A DNA stretch of 61,939 nt from a virus. Taxonomy: Duplodnaviria > Caudoviricetes. This document shows, one piece after another, positions 39,288 through 49,963 of this stretch. The notes below the pieces were generated by a model, which worked only from the letters and a program-made list of their open reading frames with translations, searched no databases and was not told where the DNA came from. Numbering within the stretch: the stretch's first letter is position 1; every line of letters begins with the position of its first letter. Made by a program: the position numbers and the translations under genes. The stretch covers positions 1 to 61,939 of IMG/VR virus record IMGVR_UViG_3300037225_000134; one strand, 5' to 3'.

Positions 39288-42200
39288 GTGTCAGTTAGAA
39301 TCTCCGGGGATACATCAGCTTTAACTTCGTCTCTAGCAGACGCCAAAAGTCAGGCACAATCGGCAGCAAGTGAAATCGAAAAACCGATGACGATGCAAGT
39401 CGATTCCGCTGGTGCGTCAGCCGGAATCGGAGATATAGTAGCAGGTATACTTTCTGCCCAGATCATTACAAAGGCCTTTAATGCGGCAGTACAGGCCGTA
39501 ACGGAATCACTCGCGGCATGGTCATCATTTACATCACAAAACACGGAACTAGCGCAAATGCTCCAGATGAACGCGGACGGAGTAGGCAAAGTAAATGATC
39601 AGTTAAGAACACAATCCGATCTCTCAGGCACGGGTACCGCGACACTGCAATCTTATGCAGAAGCAGCCGGTGCGTTAGGTGCGCATTCAGTAGATGCAGT
39701 TTCCAAAGCTACTGATAGCATGAACACGTATGCAATAGCAACAGGTAGTACCCAAGCGCAAACTATAGCACTGTATACATCATTAGGCAGAGTATACGGA
39801 TACAATTCTGATCAATCAGCGGAATATGGAAATGCCTTAGTAGCACTCACGAATAAGTATGGAATTCAATCTACAGCTATTGCAGATGTAGTAACACAAA
39901 CTGCAAATATGAATAAGATGATGGGTGAAAGCCCGGAGAAATCAGCAGCATTCGCTACCGCAATCATGGCGGCAGGCGGAGATGCGTCCCAAGCAATGAG
40001 TAGTGCATATGCAGATACTCAGGCTATGGCCGTTAAAATGGGTACCTTAGAAGATGCAGCGGATAAAACTAAAACCATAAAAGGCAAAACCTCCAAGGGA
40101 GTTTTAATAACACCAGATCAAATAATTCCTACTGATGCAGCCGAAATAGCAAAAGGAAAATTAGACCAAATACAGCAAGTCTTTGGGGAATCCGGCGCAC
40201 AATTAGCTCAGGATATGGGTAACGATTATCAAGGAACTATGCAAAAAATGGCCGTTGCACTGCATGCTAATACAACGTTATCCACAGCCGATAAATCAGA
40301 ACTTCTAAAAGATCTCGGATTAAGACAGCAAAATGCATCAACCATATTAAAAATGGCTGATAACACGGATACCTATAGCGCAGCCTTAGCAACAGTAAAC
40401 GAAAATAGTAAGGATACTACAGCAACCCAAACACTCTTTAACACGCAAATGGAGGAACTAGGCAACCAAGAAGCCATAGCATCAGCAAGAACAACTGATA
40501 TGGGAAATGGCTTAGGCCAAATACTAGAACCTGCATTAAGAGCCGGAATATCAGCATTTAATGACTTTGCTTGGCAGGTTAAAGCGGTTGAAAGTGCTAT
40601 TGCCGGTGGAGATTGGGGATCAGTAGGAGACATTATAACCAAGGCCCTAGAAGGCGCATTTGATAGTATATCTAAGTTTGATTTTGGCGGTTTAATATCC
40701 GGCATTGAAACCGGTATTAAAGGAGCACTTGAAGCATTAAGCCAGGTTGGAGACTGGATAAGCCAAAAGTTATCTGGTATCGATTGGGGTAAAGTTTGGG
40801 GTGATTTATCTGGTATTGGAGCAGGATTATTATCTGCAATACAGAATGCACTTAACCAAATACCTAACGCAATCAATGCGGCAACCAATCTAAACTTAGG
40901 AGAAAAACTAGGTAATGCACTCTTCGGAGCTATTGACTTTGGAGTTACAACAGCAACAAATGTAGTAAATGCAGTAATAAAAATGCTGCAAGGCGTAGAT
41001 TGGTCTAGTATAGGATCAAGTTATGTTGGATATGCTGTAAAAATGTGGGATGGATTATATACTGCTACGCAAAATTGGATTACAGGTGGAGGACCAACAA
41101 AAATAGGAGATGAAATAGGAACATCTTTAAGCGGTGTACTAAGCGGTCTTGGATGGGTCGCCGGGAAACTCTATGATGCTATTTCTAATTATATATCAGC
41201 TCATGGTGGATTCTGGCAAGTTGTGGAAAACGCATTTGGCACGTTGGCAGATTGGGGTAAGTTAGCAATGGAAATTGCTGAAGGAATAGGCCAAGGCATA
41301 TATGATAAAATACAAATGCCTATCGCGCAAGTACATGACTTTTTCGCTACTACTATGGCATCGGTAGTATCTGGATTCGTCGGTGCGGGCATTGATATGG
41401 GTAATGCAATCGTAAGTGGACTAAACGCAGCCGAGGCAACGATTAAAGGCATTCTTACAGGGTGGTATGATGCAGCCGTAAACGTATATAACTATATCAC
41501 AGGAAATGCAAGTAGCACTGCATCAAATCAAGCAAGCGTAGACGCGGAAACAGAACGAGAATTAAACGCAGCACATACGCAAACTGTAGGAAGTTCTAGC
41601 TCTAATATAGGAACTGCAATAAATAATGCTCAGATAAACGATGCATTATCACAAATGTTAGCCAAAGGTGCACTTGGATCAGTAGGTAAATCATCTAATA
41701 CCGGAATTACTACGCAAACCATAGGATCAGGTAGTACCGGAACATGGAACGAAAATACCCAACAATTTGAATATCCTTCCGGTCAACCGGTGGTATTTGC
41801 TAACGAAAACGCTAATACTAAAGATACAAGTACCTCAGGCAGCACCTGGAACGATAATACCCAACAATTTGAAACACCCTCAGGGAAAGCAGCAACATTC
41901 CCTAATGAAGGAACTAATACACCAGTAGACTCATCAGATAACTTAAGCAAGATTTTAGGAACCTTTTTTGCAGGCACACTTGTGGACACTAAAACCAAAA
42001 ACGACGCAATGACAGCGGCATATACTTCAACTTTAAATGCAGCCGGTGGACTTTGGGCCGACAAACTCAAAGCACAGCAAACTGCAGATACGACTAGCGC
42101 GACTAGTGTAACCACGGCAGCAGAAGCATTTAAAGGCGGCGTCACTGATGCAACTTTAACCTTTAAGCAAGGCGTAGACGGTGCATCAACTGGATTCTTT

Positions 42201-43334
42201 AACACAAGCCAAGCAATAAATGCAGCTAGCGCGGCAGCGGCAGCACAAACCGGGCAAACCCAAGTACAATATAGCGGGTATGCAGCCACAGCTTTACAAC
42301 TAGGCGCACAGATAGGCGGCAATTTCATTAGCAATGGTGGACAAGCCGTGGCTATTGGCTTAACTTCAACAGGCCAAAACATAGCAGTCATAGGACAGGT
42401 AGCCCAAGCTAACGCTATTGCTGGAGGCCAAGTCTTAACAACTGGAATAGGCACAGCGGCAACCGGTTTTGGAACTTCGATGGGCTTAACATCAGCTCAG
42501 TTTAAGGCTCAGATGGTTGCAGGCGGCGACTCATGGATGCAAAGTGGCAAATCAGCCGGAGCTTATAACCTAAGCGGAGCATCACAAGGCGCGACAGCTA
42601 CAGTAGCAGGCGGAACATCAGCCGGCGGTAGCATGACATCAGGCGGCACGGCAGCATTAAACGGTATGACAACAGGAACAAATACCTTCACTACTGGAGC
42701 AGGCCAAGTTTATAACTCATTCAGTAGTTTAGCTGGCACGATAAACCAAGTATCACTAAATTTTAAGCAGGGAGTTGATGGTGCATTTACTGGATTTTTC
42801 GATAGCGGGGGATCAAGTAGCAACGGAGGCGGAACTACTTCAGTTAATGCCAACGGCGCTATTATAAACCCGGATGGGTCAGCAAACTATACGACTGTGA
42901 CCTGTTTAGGTGATACCGTATTAGTAAACGCTTTAAAGTATACGTCGCCGTCCGGCGTAGTATCTTATGCGAACCCATTGAACGGAGATCAAACAGCATC
43001 CTTATATTCAGGCTCATCCTCTTCTTCGGATTCATATGGTTGGGCTGGAGAAAACGATGCGAGTTCGTGGGGTGCAAAAGGCGCACTCATTGATCAGCCT
43101 AGCAATATCATCGCAGGCGAAAAAGGAAGAGAACTACTACTCCCTAACAATATAACTGAAACAATAATGGGACTAGTGGCAGAACATAATAGTGGCAACC
43201 TTAACATGAATCCAGAAGGTAAATTATCAGTAGAAGTAATTAACAAGATTTACCTGGATGGAAATGAAGTAACTAACATGTTAATGGAAAATGCCACTCA
43301 AGAATTAAGACGCGGTGGACTGCATACGCATTAG
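39288..43334 (+). CDS. Tape measure protein
   Basis: 1348 aa, Ala/Gly/Ser/Thr-rich, IDW repeats, C-terminal AGEKGRELLLP. Confidence 0.9.
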   Translation: MSVRISGDTSALTSSLADAKSQAQSAASEIEKPMTMQVDSAGASAGIGDIVAGILSAQIITKAFNAAVQAVTESLAAWSSFTSQNTELAQMLQMNADGVGKVNDQLRTQSDLSGTGTATLQSYAEAAGALGAHSVDAVSKATDSMNTYAIATGSTQAQTIALYTSLGRVYGYNSDQSAEYGNALVALTNKYGIQSTAIADVVTQTANMNKMMGESPEKSAAFATAIMAAGGDASQAMSSAYADTQAMAVKMGTLEDAADKTKTIKGKTSKGVLITPDQIIPTDAAEIAKGKLDQIQQVFGESGAQLAQDMGNDYQGTMQKMAVALHANTTLSTADKSELLKDLGLRQQNASTILKMADNTDTYSAALATVNENSKDTTATQTLFNTQMEELGNQEAIASARTTDMGNGLGQILEPALRAGISAFNDFAWQVKAVESAIAGGDWGSVGDIITKALEGAFDSISKFDFGGLISGIETGIKGALEALSQVGDWISQKLSGIDWGKVWGDLSGIGAGLLSAIQNALNQIPNAINAATNLNLGEKLGNALFGAIDFGVTTATNVVNAVIKMLQGVDWSSIGSSYVGYAVKMWDGLYTATQNWITGGGPTKIGDEIGTSLSGVLSGLGWVAGKLYDAISNYISAHGGFWQVVENAFGTLADWGKLAMEIAEGIGQGIYDKIQMPIAQVHDFFATTMASVVSGFVGAGIDMGNAIVSGLNAAEATIKGILTGWYDAAVNVYNYITGNASSTASNQASVDAETERELNAAHTQTVGSSSSNIGTAINNAQINDALSQMLAKGALGSVGKSSNTGITTQTIGSGSTGTWNENTQQFEYPSGQPVVFANENANTKDTSTSGSTWNDNTQQFETPSGKAATFPNEGTNTPVDSSDNLSKILGTFFAGTLVDTKTKNDAMTAAYTSTLNAAGGLWADKLKAQQTADTTSATSVTTAAEAFKGGVTDATLTFKQGVDGASTGFFNTSQAINAASAAAAAQTGQTQVQYSGYAATALQLGAQIGGNFISNGGQAVAIGLTSTGQNIAVIGQVAQANAIAGGQVLTTGIGTAATGFGTSMGLTSAQFKAQMVAGGDSWMQSGKSAGAYNLSGASQGATATVAGGTSAGGSMTSGGTAALNGMTTGTNTFTTGAGQVYNSFSSLAGTINQVSLNFKQGVDGAFTGFFDSGGSSSNGGGTTSVNANGAIINPDGSANYTTVTCLGDTVLVNALKYTSPSGVVSYANPLNGDQTASLYSGSSSSSDSYGWAGENDASSWGAKGALIDQPSNIIAGEKGRELLLPNNITETIMGLVAEHNSGNLNMNPEGKLSVEVINKIYLDGNEVTNMLMENATQELRRGGLHTH

Positions 43335-43369
43335 GCAGTCCATAAATATTTTTTAAAGGAGAGATAAAA

Positions 43370-44530
43370 ATGGTGACAAATAGGAATGGTTTTCACATAC
43401 CATCAGGGCTTGAACTAGGATTAACATTTTACACTGACTTAGGAACTGATTTAAATACTTTAGATGCAGCTTTGGCTAAATGTAACTGGGCTGCAACCAT
43501 AGACCCAACGGTAAGCAATGACTCCAGTCAAGGCTATGTAGTAGGGGCTCACTGGTATAACACTACAGGAAATACTATCTTTATTGCTAAAAGCGTCGGG
43601 GTAGGCGCGGCAGTTTGGACTCAGATATACCCTACAGTTAATGCAAATCTAAGCATTACCAACGCTATGCTAGCGGGAAGTATAACATTTGCAAAATTGC
43701 TAGGTAGTGATATTTCAATAACTAATACTCAATTAGCAGGATCTATTACAAATGATAAATTAGCTGGATCAATTTCTCAGGATAAATTATCAGGTGGTAT
43801 ATTAAATTCACAGCTTGCAGCCTCGGATGGATGGATAGCCTCAGGTGAGACATGGACGTACGCCAGCGCGGCCGCGCCAAACTACACTTTCACGATCGCC
43901 ACGGATAAGACCACAAAATACAGTCCGGGAATGAGGATCAAGCTAACCGACAACGGCGCGGTTAAATATTTCATAGTTGTTAAGGTCGCATACTCGAACC
44001 CGAACACTACCATAACCGTATACGGCGGGACCGATTATATTCTAGCCGGAGGCGCGATCAGTGCGACGTTTTACAGTATGGTAAACATCCCCACGGGCTT
44101 CCCGATGGATAAGACCAAATGGCAGATAGTCGTATCGAACGCGACCGTCGCGACTCAAGCGTCTCCGACCTCGGACGTCTGGTATAACCTCGGGACTATC
44201 AATATCCCTATACCTATTGGGGCCTGGAGGGTCTCATGGAAAGATCAGATCCAAGCGACCAGGGCGGCCTCCGGCGCACTGTGGATATTTGCGACGCTGT
44301 CAACCGCGAATAACTCAGAGTCAAATACCAGCTTTACGCAAACCGTTTACGTATTGGCGGAAACAAATGTATTCCTCGGAGCTTATATGTCACTTAATAT
44401 ATTAGTGGCCGCGGACACTACGTATTATTTGAATACCAAAGTCTCCGGCGCGAGTTGTACCGCTATATATGCGAACGGCGCGGCTCCGTCTCCTCCGACC
44501 TTGCTAATAGCGGAATGCGCATACATCTAG
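43370..44530 (+). CDS. Tail fibre / receptor-binding protein
   Basis: PTVSNDSSQGY..G..W, ITNxxLAGS repeats, variable C-terminal domain. Confidence 0.7.
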   Translation: MVTNRNGFHIPSGLELGLTFYTDLGTDLNTLDAALAKCNWAATIDPTVSNDSSQGYVVGAHWYNTTGNTIFIAKSVGVGAAVWTQIYPTVNANLSITNAMLAGSITFAKLLGSDISITNTQLAGSITNDKLAGSISQDKLSGGILNSQLAASDGWIASGETWTYASAAAPNYTFTIATDKTTKYSPGMRIKLTDNGAVKYFIVVKVAYSNPNTTITVYGGTDYILAGGAISATFYSMVNIPTGFPMDKTKWQIVVSNATVATQASPTSDVWYNLGTINIPIPIGAWRVSWKDQIQATRAASGALWIFATLSTANNSESNTSFTQTVYVLAETNVFLGAYMSLNILVAADTTYYLNTKVSGASCTAIYANGAAPSPPTLLIAECAYI

Positions 44531-46387
44531 GTGAGCATAATGACGAAATTATTAGTACAAATAGGAAGTGATATTTTATACTCCTCACCTCTATTAAACA
44601 GTATAGCAGCGGTAACTTTAAGCTCACTCGCGGCATTGCCTCTTAGTCAAATTTTTCCGGCGTTTAGCCTATTGAATCTTATGGAAAAAACCGTCATAGT
44701 AGACAAGGTGGAGGATAGGTCCACTCTCGATGTCACAGTATGGGATGAGTTAGGAGCTTATCACTGGAGCAAAGGGCAACCCGTTACTATCATAGACAGC
44801 GACGATAATGCTCTTATGTTTTCTGGCTATGTGGATTCTTCGACGGAGACCATGCTAGAAGGTGGTGGAGGCGCGATGTATCATAAAGTAGCTTGCGTCG
44901 ATAACCATTACAAAGCAGATAAGAGAGCCATTATCAAGGGCTGGATTAATACCGAAGTCTCTGAAATGGTGTCATATGTTTTCACTAATATATTAATGGC
45001 AGAAGGAATATCACTAGGTGCTATTATCGTAACTAGTCCGGCAGTGATGATTACTCAAGCTTTTACCTGCATGGTTAATTCTTTCCTGGATCAATGCGCC
45101 ACATATGCAGGTTATACATGGTTCATATCTGCAGATAAGAAGTTTTACTTCATACCCCGGACTACATACCCGGCACCGTTCGATATTGAAAAGGTAGGGG
45201 ATAACTATCCTTATGTTAAAAATAATTCGTTAACAGTAGTCAGTGGAAACCCGGAATTTCGAGATTACCAATATATGAAGGGCGGAAAAAATACTACTGA
45301 TGCTCAAACAGAATGCGCAGCCGGTGACGGTAATACTACAACTTTTCCCGTTGGATATCCGATAGCAGAGGCACCCTTGGTATATGTTAGCTTAAACGGC
45401 GGAGCTTATGTAGCTAAAACAGTAGGCATAAAATCGGTTGATACTAGTAAAGATTGGTATTGGTCCGAGGGAGATAATACCATATCACAAGATTACTCTG
45501 GAACAAAATTGCTACCTACGAGTACCGGCTATGTAGGAGATATAATAAAAATGGTATATAAAGGTAATTATGATATCATGGCTGTATCTCTTGATTTTGA
45601 TGCAATTTTAGCTAGGCAGGCAATAGAAGGCGGCGGCACTGGATATGTAGAGAATATTCAAGAGGAAACCGCACTTAAGACATCCGACAGTTTAATCCTG
45701 CAGGCTAACAAGCTACTAGCTCAGTATGCAGTAGTAGGCGACAAGATAACATATACTACCAGTGAGCCAGGGCTTGCAGCGGGCCAATTACAATATGTAA
45801 CGTCTCCAGAGCACGATTTAGTTCACGTAGGATGTTTAGTGACACAAATAAAGACGCGAGATGAGAAAGGCTATACATGGTTTGATGTAACACTAGCGAG
45901 CGGCCCGGTGGAAGATTATTGGGTTAAGGTATTCCTATCGTTATCACAATCCCAAGCACCGGCAGCAAGCACGGCATCGAGTACTGTGATTATTATTCCA
46001 GTACCATTATCAAAGAATTGGTTGGTTGGAGATTCCCCTAACATATTCTCAGGTGTAACCATGCTAGGATTGACTACAACCCCCTCTACATCAGGGTGGC
46101 CGTGTTTTGCATCAGGTGATGAGATAAAGTACTTGGAAGTTAATATTTCGGGCGGTTTTAGGCGCTACAGAACTTCGCAAACTATTTTATCCAATAAGAT
46201 AACGACTATTTGCATCATACCTTCAGGATCGGCAAATGGCTCATGGACGACTGTTAAGATGTACGGCGGATCTGCAGCAACAGATGTTATAGGATCTGGA
46301 ATTTTGCTAGATACATTCTCTTATAGCCATACTAAAAATGCACTAGAAATTATCCAATTTATCGTGACTGACAACAAATGGGCATAA
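44531..46387 (+). CDS. Baseplate hub / distal tail protein
   Basis: FSGYV, WFISADKKFYF, GQL patterns; follows the tape measure gene. Confidence 0.65.
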   Translation: MSIMTKLLVQIGSDILYSSPLLNSIAAVTLSSLAALPLSQIFPAFSLLNLMEKTVIVDKVEDRSTLDVTVWDELGAYHWSKGQPVTIIDSDDNALMFSGYVDSSTETMLEGGGGAMYHKVACVDNHYKADKRAIIKGWINTEVSEMVSYVFTNILMAEGISLGAIIVTSPAVMITQAFTCMVNSFLDQCATYAGYTWFISADKKFYFIPRTTYPAPFDIEKVGDNYPYVKNNSLTVVSGNPEFRDYQYMKGGKNTTDAQTECAAGDGNTTTFPVGYPIAEAPLVYVSLNGGAYVAKTVGIKSVDTSKDWYWSEGDNTISQDYSGTKLLPTSTGYVGDIIKMVYKGNYDIMAVSLDFDAILARQAIEGGGTGYVENIQEETALKTSDSLILQANKLLAQYAVVGDKITYTTSEPGLAAGQLQYVTSPEHDLVHVGCLVTQIKTRDEKGYTWFDVTLASGPVEDYWVKVFLSLSQSQAPAASTASSTVIIIPVPLSKNWLVGDSPNIFSGVTMLGLTTTPSTSGWPCFASGDEIKYLEVNISGGFRRYRTSQTILSNKITTICIIPSGSANGSWTTVKMYGGSAATDVIGSGILLDTFSYSHTKNALEIIQFIVTDNKWA

Positions 46388-46390
46388 AAA

Positions 46391-46450
46391 TTAAGGTATT
46401 ATAACATCTACCAGGGCTACTTTACCCTGAGTTAAGGAGATTTCTTTCAT
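46391..46450 (-). pseudogene. 19-codon remnant of an HNH-AP2 endonuclease
   Basis: MKEISLTQGKVALVDVIIP*; DNA similar to 39146-39191. Confidence 0.7.
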
Positions 46451-46492
46451 GATTAATATACTCATGTTAAACTATAAAAAGGTGGTGGTAAT

Positions 46493-47197
46493 GTGGTTTA
46501 TGTGATAACCCAATGGAACGAGAATAATATGAGTACTACTGCTAAGGTAAATGGACTCAATAACTTAGAGACTATTTATTCTTCAACTACTACTTATATT
46601 GATGCTATGACACATTCCGATAGATATTATACAAAATCTCATTGCGATAGCACTTACTTTACAGCGGCTGATGATGGTTCTGGAACGGAACTTGTAGCCG
46701 CGACCCTCGATGGATTCACGACTCAGCAAATATTAGATGCAGGCACTCCAGCGGGATGTATCGGTATCTGGTATAGCTCCAAAGGCTCTATTCCGGTAGG
46801 GTGGTATCTTTGTGATGGCAATAACTCAACGCCTAACATGCAGGATCGGTTTATTGTAGGATCAGGCGGAAATTATTCGTATGGTGCTATAGGTGGATCA
46901 GATACAGTAACTATAACAGGGTCAATAACTGTTGCAGGACATGCATTAACGGCGGCGGAAATCGCAAAACATCAGCATGGTACAATAACAGATTATTATC
47001 CGACAACTTTTGTTAGCCAGCCGGTTGATCAAAGTAGTGGCGGCTATATAGTAAACAGTACAACTACGCCAGGCTCAGTAACCACAAGTACCGGAAGCGG
47101 TATAAGCCACGGGCATACCGCGAGTTTGGCAGGTACTTCAAACCAAGATAAGAGGCCGCCGTTTTATGCACTCTGTTATATAATGAAGGGATTCTAA
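46493..47197 (+). CDS. Tail-collar-domain fibre protein 1
   Basis: GCIGIW...IPVGWYLCDG...TPNMQDRFIVG; His-x-His motifs; PPFYALCYIMK. Confidence 0.8.
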   Translation: MVYVITQWNENNMSTTAKVNGLNNLETIYSSTTTYIDAMTHSDRYYTKSHCDSTYFTAADDGSGTELVAATLDGFTTQQILDAGTPAGCIGIWYSSKGSIPVGWYLCDGNNSTPNMQDRFIVGSGGNYSYGAIGGSDTVTITGSITVAGHALTAAEIAKHQHGTITDYYPTTFVSQPVDQSSGGYIVNSTTTPGSVTTSTGSGISHGHTASLAGTSNQDKRPPFYALCYIMKGF

Positions 47198-47899
47198 ATG
47201 TACGACAAACATAATTGGACAACTTCGGATCTATTATCTGGAGCTTTATTCAATCATCTTGAAACACAGTGGACGGAAATGAAAACTATCATAGATGTGC
47301 ACGTTCACGACGACCGATATTTTACTGAAACTATATCAGACACTACATTCTTTTCCCTGAATTTTTATACCGGATTTGATGCTGATAAGATCGATGGACT
47401 GCATTTAAGTGATATTTTAACCACTATGCTACCTATTGGTGCGATAATGATCTGGTATAACGATCCTGATGTATATCCATTACCGACAGGGTGGTTTATC
47501 TGCGATGGTTCGGCGCACGCCGGATACACGACCCCTCCATTACAAGAAAAGTTCATAATTGGAGCTGGAGGAAGCTACAATCCTGGAGACACTGGAGGGC
47601 CTGGAACCTGGAATGGAACCATAACAGCGACAGGAAGCGTAACTATTGGAGCGCATCAGCTTCTAACGGCGGAATTACCAGCACATACGCACGGTTACAC
47701 TGAATACGGCACTACAGTACAACAGTGGCATGGTTATGCTTACTCATGCTATACTGGAGTAAGTACACAAAGTGCTACTATTAACTTTCAAACATCAGGT
47801 GATGGTACGCATACGCACGCAGGATCTACAGCAAGTCTTAGTAGCTTTGATCCAAGACCTTTATATGGAAGTTTATATTATATAATGAAGTGTCGGTGA
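47198..47899 (+). CDS. Tail-collar-domain fibre protein 2
   Basis: PIGAIMIW...PTGWFICDG; ELPAHTH; LYYIMK. Confidence 0.8.
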   Translation: MYDKHNWTTSDLLSGALFNHLETQWTEMKTIIDVHVHDDRYFTETISDTTFFSLNFYTGFDADKIDGLHLSDILTTMLPIGAIMIWYNDPDVYPLPTGWFICDGSAHAGYTTPPLQEKFIIGAGGSYNPGDTGGPGTWNGTITATGSVTIGAHQLLTAELPAHTHGYTEYGTTVQQWHGYAYSCYTGVSTQSATINFQTSGDGTHTHAGSTASLSSFDPRPLYGSLYYIMKCR

Positions 47900-47910
47900 G
47901 AGGTTATTAT

Positions 47911-48624
47911 ATGGCATATATACAAAATCCTACATGGACTAGCAGCACCGTATTAACTCCGACGCTACTTAATAATCTTGAAACACAATATGATGATGCT
48001 GATATTTATTTTTTAGCTCATAATCATGATACACTTTATTATACCCAAACCCAAATGCAGGCTACTTTCTGGTATTCAGGCAACGATGGGCCAGGATCTG
48101 GCTCTGATGCAGATTTGCTTTACTATGCAAGTGGAAACAAGCATGGTAATAGCTTCGCGGGGCTTGGAATTGCCACGGGTTTAATAATTTGGTGGTATGG
48201 ATCAGTGGCCTCCATTCCTGCAGGTTGGCATTTGTGCGACGGAACATCTGGAACTATGGACCTTCGCGGGAAAATGGTACCTGGCGCGGGGAATACCTAT
48301 AATGTAGGGACGGCAGGCGGATCTACAACGTTTACTGCAACTGGAACGATAACGGTAGACGCGCACGTTTTAACTATAAATGAAATGGCCGCGCATACAC
48401 ATCCATTCATCGATGTAATACCAGTGACAAGCGCGATGAGATTATGGGATCATGCTTCCAATTATCCGGTAGACGTAGATATAACTACGAACACCGGAAC
48501 GACAGCAAGCGCAGGCAGTAACTCAGGGCATACGCATAGTGGAGCAGAAGGCACAGCATTAAACGGAAATGCAATAGCATCAATGCCAAATTATTATGCA
48601 CTTTGCTTTATTCAAAAAATCTAA
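47911..48624 (+). CDS. Tail-collar-domain fibre protein 3 (ORF track start 47890)
   Basis: GLIIWW...IPAGWHLCDG...DLRGK; EMAAHTH; PNYYALCFIQK. Confidence 0.8.
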   Translation: MAYIQNPTWTSSTVLTPTLLNNLETQYDDADIYFLAHNHDTLYYTQTQMQATFWYSGNDGPGSGSDADLLYYASGNKHGNSFAGLGIATGLIIWWYGSVASIPAGWHLCDGTSGTMDLRGKMVPGAGNTYNVGTAGGSTTFTATGTITVDAHVLTINEMAAHTHPFIDVIPVTSAMRLWDHASNYPVDVDITTNTGTTASAGSNSGHTHSGAEGTALNGNAIASMPNYYALCFIQKI

Positions 48625-48645
48625 GCAAAAGGTATAAATAGCATA

Positions 48646-49077
48646 GTGATGTATAGGGAGTCGGTGAGGAAAATGAAGACAAGCAGATTTATCTTGGCCT
48701 TAATCGCAATCGCGATTTTGGTAGTACCAAGCATGGCATATGATCAAAGATCTGGAAGCCACGGAGTACCATACATACCTCCAGACCCGAGCCTGAAGAC
48801 CACCGATCCCTTCTACGTGGCTATTATGGATCGGCAATACGGATCAAATAGTGCATCAACTAATAGCATGGATAATGAAGATCCGTGGGCCGGTATCCTT
48901 AACTCGACAGATCCCACAAAACCATTAAACTCATCAAATAGTAGCCTTAATAGTACACCAAAACCTATCGTTGATGCATTGCCTAGTCATATCATACAAG
49001 CAGCATCAATTAACGATTTAACCGATGCTCAGATACAAGCAGCCGGATTAAAGCCAGGACAAGGATCTTGGCTCTAA
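48646..49077 (+). CDS. Small secreted protein (likely start MKTSRF)
   Basis: Signal peptide FILALIAIAILVVPSMA; own promoter TATAAATA at 48633-48640. Confidence 0.6.
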   Translation: MMYRESVRKMKTSRFILALIAIAILVVPSMAYDQRSGSHGVPYIPPDPSLKTTDPFYVAIMDRQYGSNSASTNSMDNEDPWAGILNSTDPTKPLNSSNSSLNSTPKPIVDALPSHIIQAASINDLTDAQIQAAGLKPGQGSWL

Positions 49078-49963
49078 ACAATTTTATGATGGAGGATGAA
49101 TGATAGACGTTTCACAAGAAGAAATAGATACGAGATATGATATTCTTATCGAAGCATATAAGATGTTAGCTGAGAAAGAAAATGAGTTCGTAGCACTTCG
49201 CAATGAGCTAGCAGAGTTTGGAGAATCTAAGTCGAAAAAAGCATCAAAACTCAGAGACCAAATAGCAGATATAACCCCTATTGTAACTGAATTACAACAG
49301 GCTTACAAGGTTGCAGACATGGAAGTAGGCCGGATAATGAGACATATCGACCTTATGTTAGCAACCAAATAAAACCTTTTTTATTATTTTTACAACCTAG
49401 TGGCGGAAGACTTATATCCTCATGGTGCGTATAGGTGGAGTATGGTAACGACGATAGGCGACCTGGCAAAAGAATTTGCGGAACAAATGAACAAAGAGAA
49501 CCATGAGCTACATCTAGCTCAAGGTAAGCATAAAGTACCGGCAAAGGACCGCTACAAGCATCATGCAAAGGGTTTAAATAGAGGAAGCAACGTAGGTAGT
49601 AAGGCCGGAGTATGCGAAGAGTGCCAAGGTGAGGTACGAAGCGACGGCAAAGATAAAGTATGTATTGAATGTGGACTAATCAGAAAAAGGAGATAAAATC
49701 ATGGTTAAAGAAGAAGCACAAGCGAGAACTACGAAGGTAGCATCGTACATCTGCAAGAGCGAGTACATGGATAAAACGTATGGAGAAGGAATGAGGGTCT
49801 TCAATAAGATGAAGAATGAGGGCTTTTGGAGATGCTGCAATTGTAAGGCAGAAAAGCATCTCTGAGCAATACCTTTTTATAGTATGACTGTGGTATAGGT
49901 AATGCTGGCAGTGAGGTGCGGGCGTAGTCCGCAATTAACAACCGCCAGCTTGATAATTAGCAA

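Noticed and set aside
39261-39290. Non-canonical ATT/ATC start for the tape measure gene
   Set aside because: GTG at 39288 has its own well-spaced GAGGT RBS, so the alternative cannot be supported
43370-48624. Diversity-generating retroelement acting on tail fibres
   Set aside because: No reverse transcriptase and no template/variable repeat pair differing at adenines was seen
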